From positions 16,034-80,033 of the forward strand of contig JADLFD010000186.1 of assembly GCA_020845805.1 (NCBI GenBank): a DNA stretch of 64,000 nt, written 5' to 3'. The notes beneath the pieces were generated by a model. It saw only the letters and a list, made by a program, of their open reading frames with translations, ran no database searches and was not told the DNA's origin. The translations under genes and the position numbers were made by a program. Every line of letters begins with the position of its first letter. Position 1 is the first letter of the stretch. Source of the DNA: Verrucomicrobiales bacterium. Its GTDB lineage: Bacteria; Verrucomicrobiota; Verrucomicrobiia; Limisphaerales; CAIMTB01. Below, one piece after another: positions 10,246-22,378 of the stretch.

Positions 10246-10905
10246 GTGGAAGCCGTCCGTCATCTCATCGATATCGTCCTGCACCTGAACCGGCACCTGG
10301 CGGAGCTGGTGGGGGAGTATGGCATCTGGGTGTACGGCATCCTGTTCCTGATCGTGTTTTGCGAGACGGGGTTGGTGGTGACTCCGTTTCTGCCGGGGGA
10401 CTCGCTGTTGTTTGCGGTGGGGGCGTTGTGTGCGACTGGCGGACTGAATCCCTGGATCTGTCTGGGGTTGCTGCTGACGGCGGCGATCCTGGGGGACACG
10501 GTGAACTACGCCATCGGGCGCTATGCGGGGGAGGGGTTGCAGAAGCGGTACCCGAGGCTCGTGCGCAAGGATCATCTCGACCGCACGCACGCGTTTTTCG
10601 AGAAGTACGGAGGCAAGACCATCATCATCGCGCGGTTTGTGCCCATCGTTCGCACCTTCGCGCCGTTCGTGGCGGGGGCGGGGGAGATGAGCTACGGGCG
10701 CTTCATGCAGTACAACGTCGTGGGCGCGGTGCTGTGGGTCGTGCTGTGCATGGCGGCGGGGTATTTCTTCGGGAACCTCCCTTTCGTGCAGAAGAATTTT
10801 TCGGCGGTCATTCTGGGCATCATCGTGGTGTCGATTCTGCCGGCGGTATTCGAGGTGTTTCGCGAGTGGCGCAAAGGGCGGAACGCGGGACGGAAGACCG
10901 GCTGA
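10246..10905 (+). CDS. DedA family membrane protein
   Basis: [22 protein letters not shown] and [23 protein letters not shown] motifs, multiple TM helices, GTG start. Confidence 0.9.
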   Translation: MEAVRHLIDIVLHLNRHLAELVGEYGIWVYGILFLIVFCETGLVVTPFLPGDSLLFAVGALCATGGLNPWICLGLLLTAAILGDTVNYAIGRYAGEGLQKRYPRLVRKDHLDRTHAFFEKYGGKTIIIARFVPIVRTFAPFVAGAGEMSYGRFMQYNVVGAVLWVVLCMAAGYFFGNLPFVQKNFSAVILGIIVVSILPAVFEVFREWRKGRNAGRKTG

Positions 10906-11011
10906 ACCGGGTTGGATTCGGGGTCAGGCGGGGGGCGAAACGTGACCGGTTCGCGAACCAAACCGTTGCGCCCGTTCGGCTGCGTGGTGTAGAAGCCGCG
11001 CACTCGACTGC

Positions 11012-13846
<2,835 letters not shown>

Positions 13847-13884
13847 TCGGGGTACTCTTCGGGGGGCGGGACGGGGTCCGGCAC

Positions 13885-14496
13885 TCAGTCGAGCAATCCG
13901 GCCGCGATCACGCGTTCGCGCGTGAGTGCGGGGTCATGGTGGTGGACGGCGATCCAGCCGCGCCGCAGGGCGGTGGCGATGTTCTCCGCGCGGTCGTCGA
14001 GATAGATCAATTCCGTCCCCTTCCGGCGGGTCATGGTTTCCACCGCATCATAGATGGCTTCGTCGGGTTTCATCGAGCGCACTTCGTACGAGAGGACGTA
14101 ACCATCGAACGTGGAGAAGAACGGATAGCGGGCGCGGATATGGGGGACGGCGAGGTCGTTGGTGTTGGAGAAAATGTAGGTGGGCACCCCGCGGGCGCGC
14201 AGGTCGGCGTGCAGCGAGATCATGGCGGGAATCTCGGTGAAGATATCGGCGAAGAACTCGGCGAAGGTGGCGTAGTCGCCGGGAAAGCCGGTGGCGGATT
14301 GAAGGCGGGTGAAGAACTCGCGGGAGCTGATCTGTCCGCGTTCGTAGGCGTGCAGGACACCGGATTCCAGCAGCAGAGTGGAGATCTCGCGGGCGGGCAC
14401 AGCGCTTTCGGCCGCGAAGCGGCGCACCACGCGGCCGTAGTCGAAGTCGAGGAGTACTTTTCCCAGGTCGAAGACGACGGCGGAAGGTTTCGGCAT
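13885..14496 (-). CDS. HAD family hydrolase
   Basis: N-terminal VVFDLGKVLLDFDY, later YIFSNTND and YLDDRAENI (HAD motifs I-IV pattern). Confidence 0.8.
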   Translation of the reverse strand: MPKPSAVVFDLGKVLLDFDYGRVVRRFAAESAVPAREISTLLLESGVLHAYERGQISSREFFTRLQSATGFPGDYATFAEFFADIFTEIPAMISLHADLRARGVPTYIFSNTNDLAVPHIRARYPFFSTFDGYVLSYEVRSMKPDEAIYDAVETMTRRKGTELIYLDDRAENIATALRRGWIAVHHHDPALTRERVIAAGLLD

Positions 14497-14566
14497 GGAG
14501 GGCGAGGTGTGCCCGATGGCCGGAAGCGTGCCAAGTGCAATCGGCTTCCTGCCGTGCTGGGGCGGC

Positions 14567-15169
14567 TCAGCGGAGCGGTTGCCGGCCTTCCAGCGCGCGG
14601 CTGAGGGTCAGGTCGTCGGCGAAGTCGAGTCCGGAGCCGGCGGGGAGGCCGGCGGCGAGCCGGGTGACCTGGACCTGCGGGGAGGAGAAGCGTTGCGCGA
14701 GGTAGTGCGCGGTGGCGTCGCCTTCGACGTCGGTGCCGAGCGCGAGGATCATCTCGCGGATGGGTTCCGTGGCGAGCCGTTCGGCGAGCGAGTCGAGCCG
14801 GAGATCTTCCGGGCCGACGCCGTTCACCGGGGAGAGTCGACCGCCGAGGACGTGGTAACGGCCTCGGAATGCACCCGCCTTCTCCAGCGTGAACACGTCG
14901 GTGGCCCGCTCGACGATGCAGAGGGCATGCGCGTCCCGTGCGGGAGCCTCGCAGATGGCGCAGGGGGACGTCTCGGTCAGCGCGCCGCAGCGTTCGCAGG
15001 GCCGGATGCGGCGGCGGGCCTCGGCGAGAGCATGCGCGAGGTGTTCGACGTGAGCGGCGTCGGATTGCACCACATGCAAGGCGATGCGCTCCGCGGAACG
15101 AGGTCCGATGCCGGGCAGGCGTGAGAGCGCCGCAACGAGGATGCTGAGCGGATCGGGGAGGCGCGTCAT
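14567..15169 (-). CDS. recR: Recombination protein RecR
   Basis: LPGIGPRSAERIALHVV helix-hairpin-helix, C4 zinc finger CERCGALTETSPCAIC, Toprim region EMILALGTDVEGDATAHYL. The ATG at 15169 was chosen inside the longer ORF. Confidence 0.9.
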   Translation of the reverse strand: MTRLPDPLSILVAALSRLPGIGPRSAERIALHVVQSDAAHVEHLAHALAEARRRIRPCERCGALTETSPCAICEAPARDAHALCIVERATDVFTLEKAGAFRGRYHVLGGRLSPVNGVGPEDLRLDSLAERLATEPIREMILALGTDVEGDATAHYLAQRFSSPQVQVTRLAAGLPAGSGLDFADDLTLSRALEGRQPLR

Positions 15170-15212
15170 GACGGGCGGGCGGGCGGGCGGGCCGGGCCCC
15201 GGTAGGGGAAGA

Positions 15213-15524
15213 CTACATGAGGCCGGGGAGCTGGAGGCCTCCGGCGACGGTGCCCATTTCGGCGTTCTGGATTTCCTTGGCCTGGGCGAGCGCGTTGTTG
15301 GCGGCGCTGAGGACGAGGTCCTCGAGCAGGGAAATATCGGAGGGAGTGACCGCCTGCGGATCGATCTTGATGGAGGCGATGGTGCCGTCGCAGCGCACGA
15401 CGACCTTGACCGCGCCACCGCCGCTGGTGGCTTCGACGGTGCGACTGGCGAGCTCGCTTTGCTTGGCTTCCAGCTGGCGCTGGATACGAGCCGCCTGCTT
15501 CATCAATTTGCCGATGCTCGACAT
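15213..15524 (-). CDS. ybaB: YbaB/EbfC family nucleoid-associated protein
   Basis: 103-aa product MSSIGKLMKQAARIQRQLEAKQSEL...GGGAVKVVVRCDGTIASIKIDP. Immediately upstream of recR, the conserved ybaB-recR pairing. Only the 3' end of track ORF 15213..17306 is used. Confidence 0.9.
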   Translation of the reverse strand: MSSIGKLMKQAARIQRQLEAKQSELASRTVEATSGGGAVKVVVRCDGTIASIKIDPQAVTPSDISLLEDLVLSAANNALAQAKEIQNAEMGTVAGGLQLPGLM

Positions 15525-15779
15525 GGGAAAGACTGGGTTGGTGAGGTCAGGGTGACGGATGGAAAAAACCGGAGCGCGAGCTAAGCGGAGGCCGCCGGGA
15601 CCTGCAATCCCCTTCTTGCTTGCGGCGGCGGGGCAGGGGTCGGGCCCCGGGTTTCCGGTCGCGTGCCGGTGCCACGGGACGCTTGCAAATTCTGGTGGGC
15701 GACAGCCACTCTGGACAGCCCGGCTGCGCGCTACCGGTCTGCGAAAGACCTGCGAGCGCGTCGCCGGCCTGTTCGTATC

Positions 15780-17612
15780 ATGAGCGAGAAGCCCGAATTC
15801 GAGCTGGACTTGGATCTCCAGCTGTTGCCCGCCTGGGCCAGGCAGCCCCAGGCGGCGAACCGATATGCCGAGTTTGATGAGTCCGGTGACCGCGGCGACC
15901 GCCGTGGCCCTCGGGGACGCGGGCCGGGAGGCCCGGGTGGTCCTCGTGGCCCGCGCGGCCCCGGAGGACCGGGTGGGCCTCCAGGCGTGGGAGCCCGGCG
16001 GGACGGCCCGCGTCCCGACCGCCGTCCCGGCGAAGGACGGCCGGGGCCGGGTGGTCCGCGTCGTGATGGACCCGGGCCGGGTCCGGGCGACCGATTTGGC
16101 CAGGGCCGCGGGGGACCGCGACGGGGTGGGCCGCGGGATGCGGACCGCGGACCGCGCCGGGATCCTGTGGAGGAATTGCCGGAGGGCATCGAGGTCGACA
16201 TCGCGCCGGATCCGGCGGGCATCGAATCGCTGACACGTCAGATCCGGCAGACCGGACGCGCGTATCCGTTGTTCGACATCGGGCATCTGATTCTCAAGCG
16301 GCCCGACCGTTACTGGCTGGAGTTCCGTGCGCTGGGCAAGCTGGCGGACGGCACGCCGCGCCAGTTCCACGTCTGCAACCTCGACGACACGGTGTGGCTC
16401 TCGGAGGGCGACGCGGTTCGGCACGTGCTGACGAAGCATTTCGAGGCGTTCTATCAGACCGACCGCATCGCGGTGGATCCGCCCAAGGGGACGTACACGT
16501 TCGTGGCGCAGTGCGGCATCAGCGGCGTGATTCTGGGTCCGCCGAACCTGCACGACTACCAGGCCAAGCTGCAGCGCCTGCACTCGGAGCGCTTCTCGCG
16601 CATGCCATTCGACATGTTCAAGTCGCGGATCCGCATCGTGCGGGACGAGGCGGTGGTGAAGCAGTGGGTCGAGCAGCAGAGCTTCAAGAACGAGTTCACC
16701 TGCTTGAACGTTCCTGAGCCGCTCAAGCTCGCGAGCCGCGAGGCCGTGGAGAAGCATTTCCGCGAGGTGCATCTGGCCAACATCGTGCACCCGGCGCCGA
16801 ACCACGTGGTGAAGACGCCCGCCGGTCGGGAGGCGTTGCCGCCGCCGTTGCGTCGTCTGGCGCGGCGCGAGTTCGATCTGCAGCAGCGGTTCCCGCTGAA
16901 GCTGGTCACCCGGCTCAGCGACGAGTTCGCGCATCGCGGTCTGCATTTCTTCAAGGTCAACAAGACCGTGCTGCACGTCGCGGTGGCGCGTCCGCGCTTC
17001 CTCGATCTGGAAACGAACCCCGTCGGCGAAGGCATCCGCCGGATCCTGGGGGCCATCGAGTCCACCCCGGATTGCACGCGCCGGAAGTTGCTGGAGAAGC
17101 TGGGTGTGGCCTTGCCGGCGTCGGCGCCCGCGGCCAGCGCACCGGCGCCAACGGCAACGGCACCTGCGCCTGCCCCCGCCGCGGGGGAGGGTGAGGCTCC
17201 TCCCGCCGAGGCCGCGGCGCCGGTCGCACCGGTGGCGGCACCGGAGCCCTCGCCGGAACTGCAAGCCCTCGTGACCGACCTGCACTGGTTGATCCACGAG
17301 GGCCACGTCATCGAATTCGCCAACGGGCGCATCGAAGCTGCGAAGAAACCCGCGCCGCGTCCGCAGCCGGTGCCGCGTCCGCCCAAGGCGCCGCGTCCGC
17401 CCCAGCCCGGGGCTCCGTCGGCGGCCGCGCCTGCCCCCGAAGCCACCGCTCCGGTGGCGAACGAAGGCAGCGCCATTGAAACGGTGGAAGGTTCCGTCAG
17501 CGACGCGGTCGCCGAGACTGCGCCCGCCCCGGTGGAACCGCCGGCCGATGCCACTGCGCCGGATGCCGGGACCGTCACGTCCGAAGACGACTCGAAGATC
17601 AACCCGTCCTGA
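15780..17612 (+). CDS. Hypothetical protein: RGG/PGG-rich disordered N-terminus, unrecognised core, Ala/Pro-rich tail
   Basis: Long ORF with its own terminator. The opposite-strand alternative is a shadow ORF. ATG at 15780 (MSEKPEFELDLDL). I recognise no family match. Confidence 0.6.
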   Translation: MSEKPEFELDLDLQLLPAWARQPQAANRYAEFDESGDRGDRRGPRGRGPGGPGGPRGPRGPGGPGGPPGVGARRDGPRPDRRPGEGRPGPGGPRRDGPGPGPGDRFGQGRGGPRRGGPRDADRGPRRDPVEELPEGIEVDIAPDPAGIESLTRQIRQTGRAYPLFDIGHLILKRPDRYWLEFRALGKLADGTPRQFHVCNLDDTVWLSEGDAVRHVLTKHFEAFYQTDRIAVDPPKGTYTFVAQCGISGVILGPPNLHDYQAKLQRLHSERFSRMPFDMFKSRIRIVRDEAVVKQWVEQQSFKNEFTCLNVPEPLKLASREAVEKHFREVHLANIVHPAPNHVVKTPAGREALPPPLRRLARREFDLQQRFPLKLVTRLSDEFAHRGLHFFKVNKTVLHVAVARPRFLDLETNPVGEGIRRILGAIESTPDCTRRKLLEKLGVALPASAPAASAPAPTATAPAPAPAAGEGEAPPAEAAAPVAPVAAPEPSPELQALVTDLHWLIHEGHVIEFANGRIEAAKKPAPRPQPVPRPPKAPRPPQPGAPSAAAPAPEATAPVANEGSAIETVEGSVSDAVAETAPAPVEPPADATAPDAGTVTSEDDSKINPS

Positions 17613-17629
17613 GCGACGGAGGATTCACC

Positions 17630-17681
17630 AGCGCCCGTCCCTCTAGGTCCGTCGTGGACCCGGGACGGGCGCTTCGTTTTC
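17630..17681 (+). terminator. Rho-independent terminator after the RGG-rich protein gene
   Basis: 12-bp stem AGCGCCCGTCCC (17630-17641) / GGGACGGGCGCT (17662-17673) enclosing a nested GGTCC..GGACC hairpin, followed by TCGTTTTC. Confidence 0.6.
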
Positions 17682-17761
17682 AGTGGGGCCGTCCCCCGGG
17701 TTGAGCCGTGGGTTTCGCTGCGGCATTGCCAGCCTGGATCCGGGTCCGCAGCATCGCCACC

Positions 17762-20700
17762 ATGATCCCCTTGTCGCGCATGGCCGGCTTCTCCGCGCTG
17801 TTATGGGCTGGTTGGACGGTGGTGTGGGACGCCCGGTGCGCCGACTATCGGCCGCCTCGCAAGGAACTCGGATTCCCTGTCTACACCAATCAGCCGTCCG
17901 GCAAACAGCTCTCGGGCCAGCACGCCCCCGCCTCTACGCCCGCGCTCTCACCCGAGGCGGCGCAGGCGAAGTTCACCGTCCCGGAAGGGTTTGAGATCCG
18001 CCTGTTCGCCAGCGAACCGGAGGTCGTGAATCCCGTCGCCATGACGTGGGATGAGCGGGGCCGGTTGTGGGTGGTGGAATTGTACGAATACCCGCTCGGC
18101 AGTGCGAAGGGGGAAAAGGGTCGGGATCGCATCAAGGTGCTCGAGGACACGGATGCGGACGGTCGCGCGGATCGGGTTCATGTGTGGGCGGAGGGCTTCA
18201 GCCTCGCTACCGGGATTCTCTTGGGGAACGGAGGCGTGTATCTCGGCCAAGCTCCGCATCTGTTGTTTCTCAAGGATACCGATGGGGACGGGCGTGCGGA
18301 TCACACCGAGATCGTGAAGACCGGATTTGGGCTGGAGGACCGTCACGAACTGCTGAACGGGTTCACCTGGGGTCCGGACGGGGCGATGTACATGACGCAT
18401 GGTGTGTTCACGCGCTCCGAGGTGAAGGGCGCCCGGCCGGAGGATGGGGGGGAACCCGTGCTGCTGACTGCCGGAGTGGCGCGATGGGATGTGCGTCAGC
18501 CCGCACGATTTGAGGTGTACGCCGAAGGCACGAGCAATCCGTGGGGCGTGGATTTTGACGCGCGGGGCAATGCGTTTGTGAGCGCCTGCGTGATCGAGCA
18601 TCTGTTCCACCTCGCCCCGGGTGGGATCTACGACCGACAGGCGGGAACGGAGCCACATCCGTATGCCTACGAGCGCCTGAAGGCGATCAACGATCACAAG
18701 CATCACATGGCCGCGTATGCCGGGCTGCAGGTCTACCAAGGCGACAGCTTTCCGGCGGAGAACCAGGGGACGATCCTGCAGGGGAACATCCACGACAACG
18801 CGGTGCACCAGGATCGCCTGACGCCGCGGGGATCGAGTTTCGTGGCCTCGCACTGGCGGGATCTGGTGCGCGCCAACGATGGCTGGTTCATGCCGGTGAG
18901 CACGCAAGTGGGCCCGGACGGCGCGGTGTGGATCATGGACTGGTACGATCGGTATCCATGCTACCAGAACGCGAACGCGGATCCCGCGGGGGTCGACCGT
19001 GAGCACGGTCGCATCTGGCGCGTCGTGCACACCGGAGGGCAGCGGGGCAAGCCGGTCCCCTCGCGGCCCCAGCGGGACATGGATCTGGCCAGGCTGGACA
19101 CCGCTCGGTTGGTGGAACTGCTGGCGCATCCGAACGCCTGGCAGCGCCGCACCGCGCAGCGTGTGCTGAGCGAGCGGCGTGAGGCCCAAGTGACGCCCCG
19201 GCTGCAGGCTCTCTTTGACACGGGTGAAGCCGCCTCGCCGGGAACTCGGCTTGATGCGCGATTGGCCGCCTTCTGGACCCTGTTCAGCGCGGGGTTCCTG
19301 AGCGACGACGTGCTGGCCCGCGCGGTCCGGGATCCGGAGCCGGCGATTCGGTTGTGGGCGGCGCGATTTATCGGGGAACGGCAGATCGCCGGTCCGACGA
19401 CCTTGGACCAGCTCACGGCGTTGTCGGCTGACGCGGATCCCTCGGTGCGCCTCGCGGTGGCGGTGGCGTGTCGGCGGTTTGTCTCCTCCCAATTGACCGT
19501 GAACCGGCCGCGGACCGGCGCGCCGCTGGATATCACTCCCGTCCTGGCGGGATTGGTGGCGAGTTCTGCGGATGCCCGGGACCCAGTGCTTCCGTTCATG
19601 ATCTGGATGGCGGGCGAGCCCGGGTTCGCTGCGAATCCGGGTCGGGTTTTGGAGTGGATGTCGACCCAGGGTGCGGCCGCCATGCCCTTGAGCGGCGTGT
19701 TGGCGGCGAAGGCCATGCGTCGGCTGTGCGATGCCGGGGGCGCGGAGTCGATCGACCTGGCCGTGGGGTTTATCGAAAGGGTACTTCCGGAGCACCCGGA
19801 GTTCGCCGTGTTCGCACTCGAGGGATTGCTCAAAGGTCAGGAGGGCAAGGCGCTGACCCCCAGCGGAGCATCTGGACCCTTCATCGCGAAGCTGACGGGC
19901 AGCCGTCACGCGAAAGTGGTGGAGTTGGGACAGAAGCTCGGCGCGGCGTGGGGGGATGCGGCGGCGCAACGCGCGATCCTCTCGCGGGCCCTGGACGCTT
20001 CGGTTCCGGTGGCGGAACGGGTGCAGGCGGTGCAGTCGGCGCGACGGATGAAGAACGACGCGACGCGCGACGCGATGCTTCAGTTGCTCGGTGCGCAGGT
20101 TCCGGAGGCGGTGCAGATGGAGGCGATTGCTGCCTTGGGTGAACTGGGTGGGGACAACGTCGCCGAGCCTTTGCTGGGACGTTGGAAGAATCTCTCTCCG
20201 GCGGCGCGCCAAGCGTGTGCGTCCACGCTGTCCTCGCGACGACGATGGGCCATGCCCTTGCTGGCGCAGGTGCGGCTCGGTGCCATCTCACCCAGTGAGT
20301 TCGGCGCGTCGGTGATCCGGAATCTGCTACAGCACAAGGACGACTCCATCCGGGCCGAAGCCGGGGCGGCGATTGGGAAATTTCGGGAAAGCCCGGAGGA
20401 CAAGGCGAAGCTGGTGGTGCAGAAGCGGGCGATGGTACTGGAGGGCGAGCCGGACCGGGCGGCCGGCCACGAGGTGGCGACCCGGGTCTGCCTGGTATGC
20501 CACAAGCTGCACGGCGAGGGGGCGGAAGTAGGCCCCGATCTGACGGGGGTTGGCCGCTCCTCACTCGACGCGCTGCTCTGGAACGTGATCGATCCCAACC
20601 AGGTGATCGGAGCGGGGTACGAGCAGGTGGAAGTGGAGACGCGGGATGATCGCGTGATCGCCGGTCGCCTGGTGGAAAGCACGGATACCCGCGTTCGCCT

Positions 20701-21394
20701 GTTGCTCCAGGGGCCCAAGGAGGAAGTGGTGGCGCGATCCGACATCAAGGGAATGCGCACCCTGAGCAACTCCGTGATGCCCGAAGGGCTCGAACAACTC
20801 CCGGACGCCGAGTTTCGCAATCTGATCTGGTACATCCTGGCACCGCCGCAGGAAGGCCCGCTGACGCGGGAGAAGAAGGATGCGCTCTCGCGTGGCGTGC
20901 ATGAGGAGGGCCGGCGTGCGGCCGCGGGAACGGCGCCGGAGCAGCCGCTGGATCGCGAGTCCGTCGCGCTGTGGAGTCCGGGATGGAAGCTGACCGCACC
21001 AGAGTTCGAGGGCACCCCGGCCAAGCTCACCGAATATCATGGGCGTCGGAATGTGTTGCGTTCGCATCCCTTCGACGGTTCGCGAGCCGCGGTGCTCGAG
21101 CGGGAGATCGCGGTGGCCGCGACGGGTCGCACCGTGCTCCGGGTCTCGGTGGCGGCGCATGATCAGGGAGATTGGGAACTCCGCGTCCTGGTACGCGGCG
21201 AGGAACTCGTGCGTCGGGTGGTCAGCCACGAGGGATCGGGAGCGCGCTGGTCGGATCTGGAGATCGACCTGAGCCGGTTTGCCGGACGTACGATCCCGGT
21301 ACGGCTCGAGAACCGCGCCAACGATTGGGCGTGGGAGTTCGGGTATTGGGCGGACCTGCGCGTGGACAACGAGCCGTTGTCGAGCGCACGCTGA
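17762..21394 (+). CDS. PVC-type heme-binding CxxCH protein (membrane-bound dehydrogenase-like domain + HEAT repeats + cytochrome c domain)
   Basis: PEGFEIRLFASEPEVVNPVAMTWDERGRLWVVE dehydrogenase-domain signature, HEAT-like repeats in the middle, CLVCHKLHGEGAEVGPDL heme motif. Alternative GTG start at 17708. Confidence 0.85.
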   Translation: MIPLSRMAGFSALLWAGWTVVWDARCADYRPPRKELGFPVYTNQPSGKQLSGQHAPASTPALSPEAAQAKFTVPEGFEIRLFASEPEVVNPVAMTWDERGRLWVVELYEYPLGSAKGEKGRDRIKVLEDTDADGRADRVHVWAEGFSLATGILLGNGGVYLGQAPHLLFLKDTDGDGRADHTEIVKTGFGLEDRHELLNGFTWGPDGAMYMTHGVFTRSEVKGARPEDGGEPVLLTAGVARWDVRQPARFEVYAEGTSNPWGVDFDARGNAFVSACVIEHLFHLAPGGIYDRQAGTEPHPYAYERLKAINDHKHHMAAYAGLQVYQGDSFPAENQGTILQGNIHDNAVHQDRLTPRGSSFVASHWRDLVRANDGWFMPVSTQVGPDGAVWIMDWYDRYPCYQNANADPAGVDREHGRIWRVVHTGGQRGKPVPSRPQRDMDLARLDTARLVELLAHPNAWQRRTAQRVLSERREAQVTPRLQALFDTGEAASPGTRLDARLAAFWTLFSAGFLSDDVLARAVRDPEPAIRLWAARFIGERQIAGPTTLDQLTALSADADPSVRLAVAVACRRFVSSQLTVNRPRTGAPLDITPVLAGLVASSADARDPVLPFMIWMAGEPGFAANPGRVLEWMSTQGAAAMPLSGVLAAKAMRRLCDAGGAESIDLAVGFIERVLPEHPEFAVFALEGLLKGQEGKALTPSGASGPFIAKLTGSRHAKVVELGQKLGAAWGDAAAQRAILSRALDASVPVAERVQAVQSARRMKNDATRDAMLQLLGAQVPEAVQMEAIAALGELGGDNVAEPLLGRWKNLSPAARQACASTLSSRRRWAMPLLAQVRLGAISPSEFGASVIRNLLQHKDDSIRAEAGAAIGKFRESPEDKAKLVVQKRAMVLEGEPDRAAGHEVATRVCLVCHKLHGEGAEVGPDLTGVGRSSLDALLWNVIDPNQVIGAGYEQVEVETRDDRVIAGRLVESTDTRVRLLLQGPKEEVVARSDIKGMRTLSNSVMPEGLEQLPDAEFRNLIWYILAPPQEGPLTREKKDALSRGVHEEGRRAAAGTAPEQPLDRESVALWSPGWKLTAPEFEGTPAKLTEYHGRRNVLRSHPFDGSRAAVLEREIAVAATGRTVLRVSVAAHDQGDWELRVLVRGEELVRRVVSHEGSGARWSDLEIDLSRFAGRTIPVRLENRANDWAWEFGYWADLRVDNEPLSSAR

Positions 21395-21403
21395 GCGACG
21401 CGT

Positions 21404-21718
21404 ATGCGACCCGAGAATCTTCAAGTGATCGGCAGTGAGCTGGCGATCCGATGGAGCGACGGCGCCGAGAGTTTCCTGCCGCTCGAGTTGATGCGGCGCC
21501 ACTGTCCTTGCGCCTCCTGTGCCGGGGAGAAGGATATCTTTGGCAACGTCTATAAGGGGCATGCCAAGGCCCTGACTCCGGCTGCGCTCCAGATTCGGGA
21601 ACTGCTGCCCGTGGGGGGCTATGCAGTCCAACCGGTTTGGCGGGACGGCCACAACACGGGCCTCTACACCTTCGAGCAGTTGCGCCGTCTGGCCGCGATG
21701 AATGAGGCCGCGAGCTGA
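21404..21718 (+). CDS. DUF971 domain protein
   Basis: 104 aa; LAIRWSDGAESFLPLELMRRHCPCASC...YAVQPVWRDGHNTGLYTFEQL matches the DUF971 pattern. Starts 9 nt after the preceding stop. Confidence 0.8.
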   Translation: MRPENLQVIGSELAIRWSDGAESFLPLELMRRHCPCASCAGEKDIFGNVYKGHAKALTPAALQIRELLPVGGYAVQPVWRDGHNTGLYTFEQLRRLAAMNEAAS

Positions 21719-21729
21719 CCCCAAGCAGA

Positions 21730-21756
21730 ACGGCCCGCCGGGTGAGGGCGGGCCGT
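21730..21756 (-). terminator. GC-rich hairpin between convergent genes; possible terminator of the PEP-CTERM gene
   Basis: 10-bp stem ACGGCCCGCC / GGCGGGCCGT with a 7-nt loop. On the minus strand it is followed by TCTGCTTGG (only moderately U-rich). Confidence 0.35.
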
Positions 21757-21805
21757 GGTGCGGGAGAACGGAAGAATGCCGGCCGGAGCTTCCGGCCTGG
21801 CTGCC

Positions 21806-22378
21806 TTAAGCGCGCGTCGTCAGGCGGCGCGCACCCGCGACGCCGACCATGCCGAGGCCCAGCAGCGCGAGGGTCGTGCCGGTGTCCGAGACGGGGGTCG
21901 GGTTCGGATTCGGGTCATCAGGGGTGATGCCGAAGAACGTCACGTGCGAGTAATCGCGGGGATTGGAGACGCCGCGGGGATTGACGTTGACCAGGGGATT
22001 CACCAGGTCCACGTCGCCCACGCCATCATAGTAGTAAAAGCACTGTTCCGTGCCGGCCTTCACGAGGAAGTACAGCGGGTCCGTCGCGTCGAAGTGCAGG
22101 TTGCTGCCCGAGATGTTCACCCCGGGGACCGTGATCGAATCGGTGAACGGGGTGAGCAGATCCCCGGAATCGTCCACCTGGCTGACGCCCTGGTTGTACT
22201 TGATGAACGAACCGTTGGGCTGCGGATCGGCCGAGGTGATGAGGGCGAGGAGCCGGTTGAACTCGGCGGTGGGGTTCCCCGAGAACGGATCGGGGCAAGG
22301 CCCGATCTGAACCAGCCCGGCCTGGGCAGCGGTCGCCGCCAAGGCGAGCGCGGCAACCAGTGAATACGACTTCTTCAT
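21806..22378 (-). CDS. Secreted protein with PEP-CTERM-class (VPDSG-like) C-terminal sorting signal
   Basis: Signal peptide MKKSYSLVAALALAATAAQA. C-terminus PVSDTGTTLALLGLGMVGVAGARRL (motif, TM helix, basic tail). Confidence 0.75.
   Translation of the reverse strand: MKKSYSLVAALALAATAAQAGLVQIGPCPDPFSGNPTAEFNRLLALITSADPQPNGSFIKYNQGVSQVDDSGDLLTPFTDSITVPGVNISGSNLHFDATDPLYFLVKAGTEQCFYYYDGVGDVDLVNPLVNVNPRGVSNPRDYSHVTFFGITPDDPNPNPTPVSDTGTTLALLGLGMVGVAGARRLTTRA

Noticed and set aside
10948-10959. Perfect 12-nt palindrome GGTTCGCGAACC between dedA and topB
   Set aside because: Perfect palindromes of this length are expected by chance several times in 64 kb of both-strand sequence. There is no U-tract and no repeat partner.
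15880-16150. Repetitive GGN/CCN/CGN DNA, examined as a possible tandem repeat or CRISPR-like array
   Set aside because: It is not a repeat-spacer architecture. It is imperfect codon-level low complexity encoding the G/P/R-rich region of the 15780-17612 protein.
15525-17306. N-terminal 590-aa extension of the ybaB ORF (track ORF 15213..17306)
   Set aside because: YbaB is a ~100-aa protein. The extension is Arg/Gly/Pro-rich and antisense to the 15780-17612 gene. The internal ATG at 15524 gives a canonical YbaB.
17948-20212. 754-aa ORF antisense to the PVC-type heme-binding protein
   Set aside because: Shadow ORF with an Arg/Pro/His-rich translation and no domain signatures, whereas the plus strand has clear family motifs.
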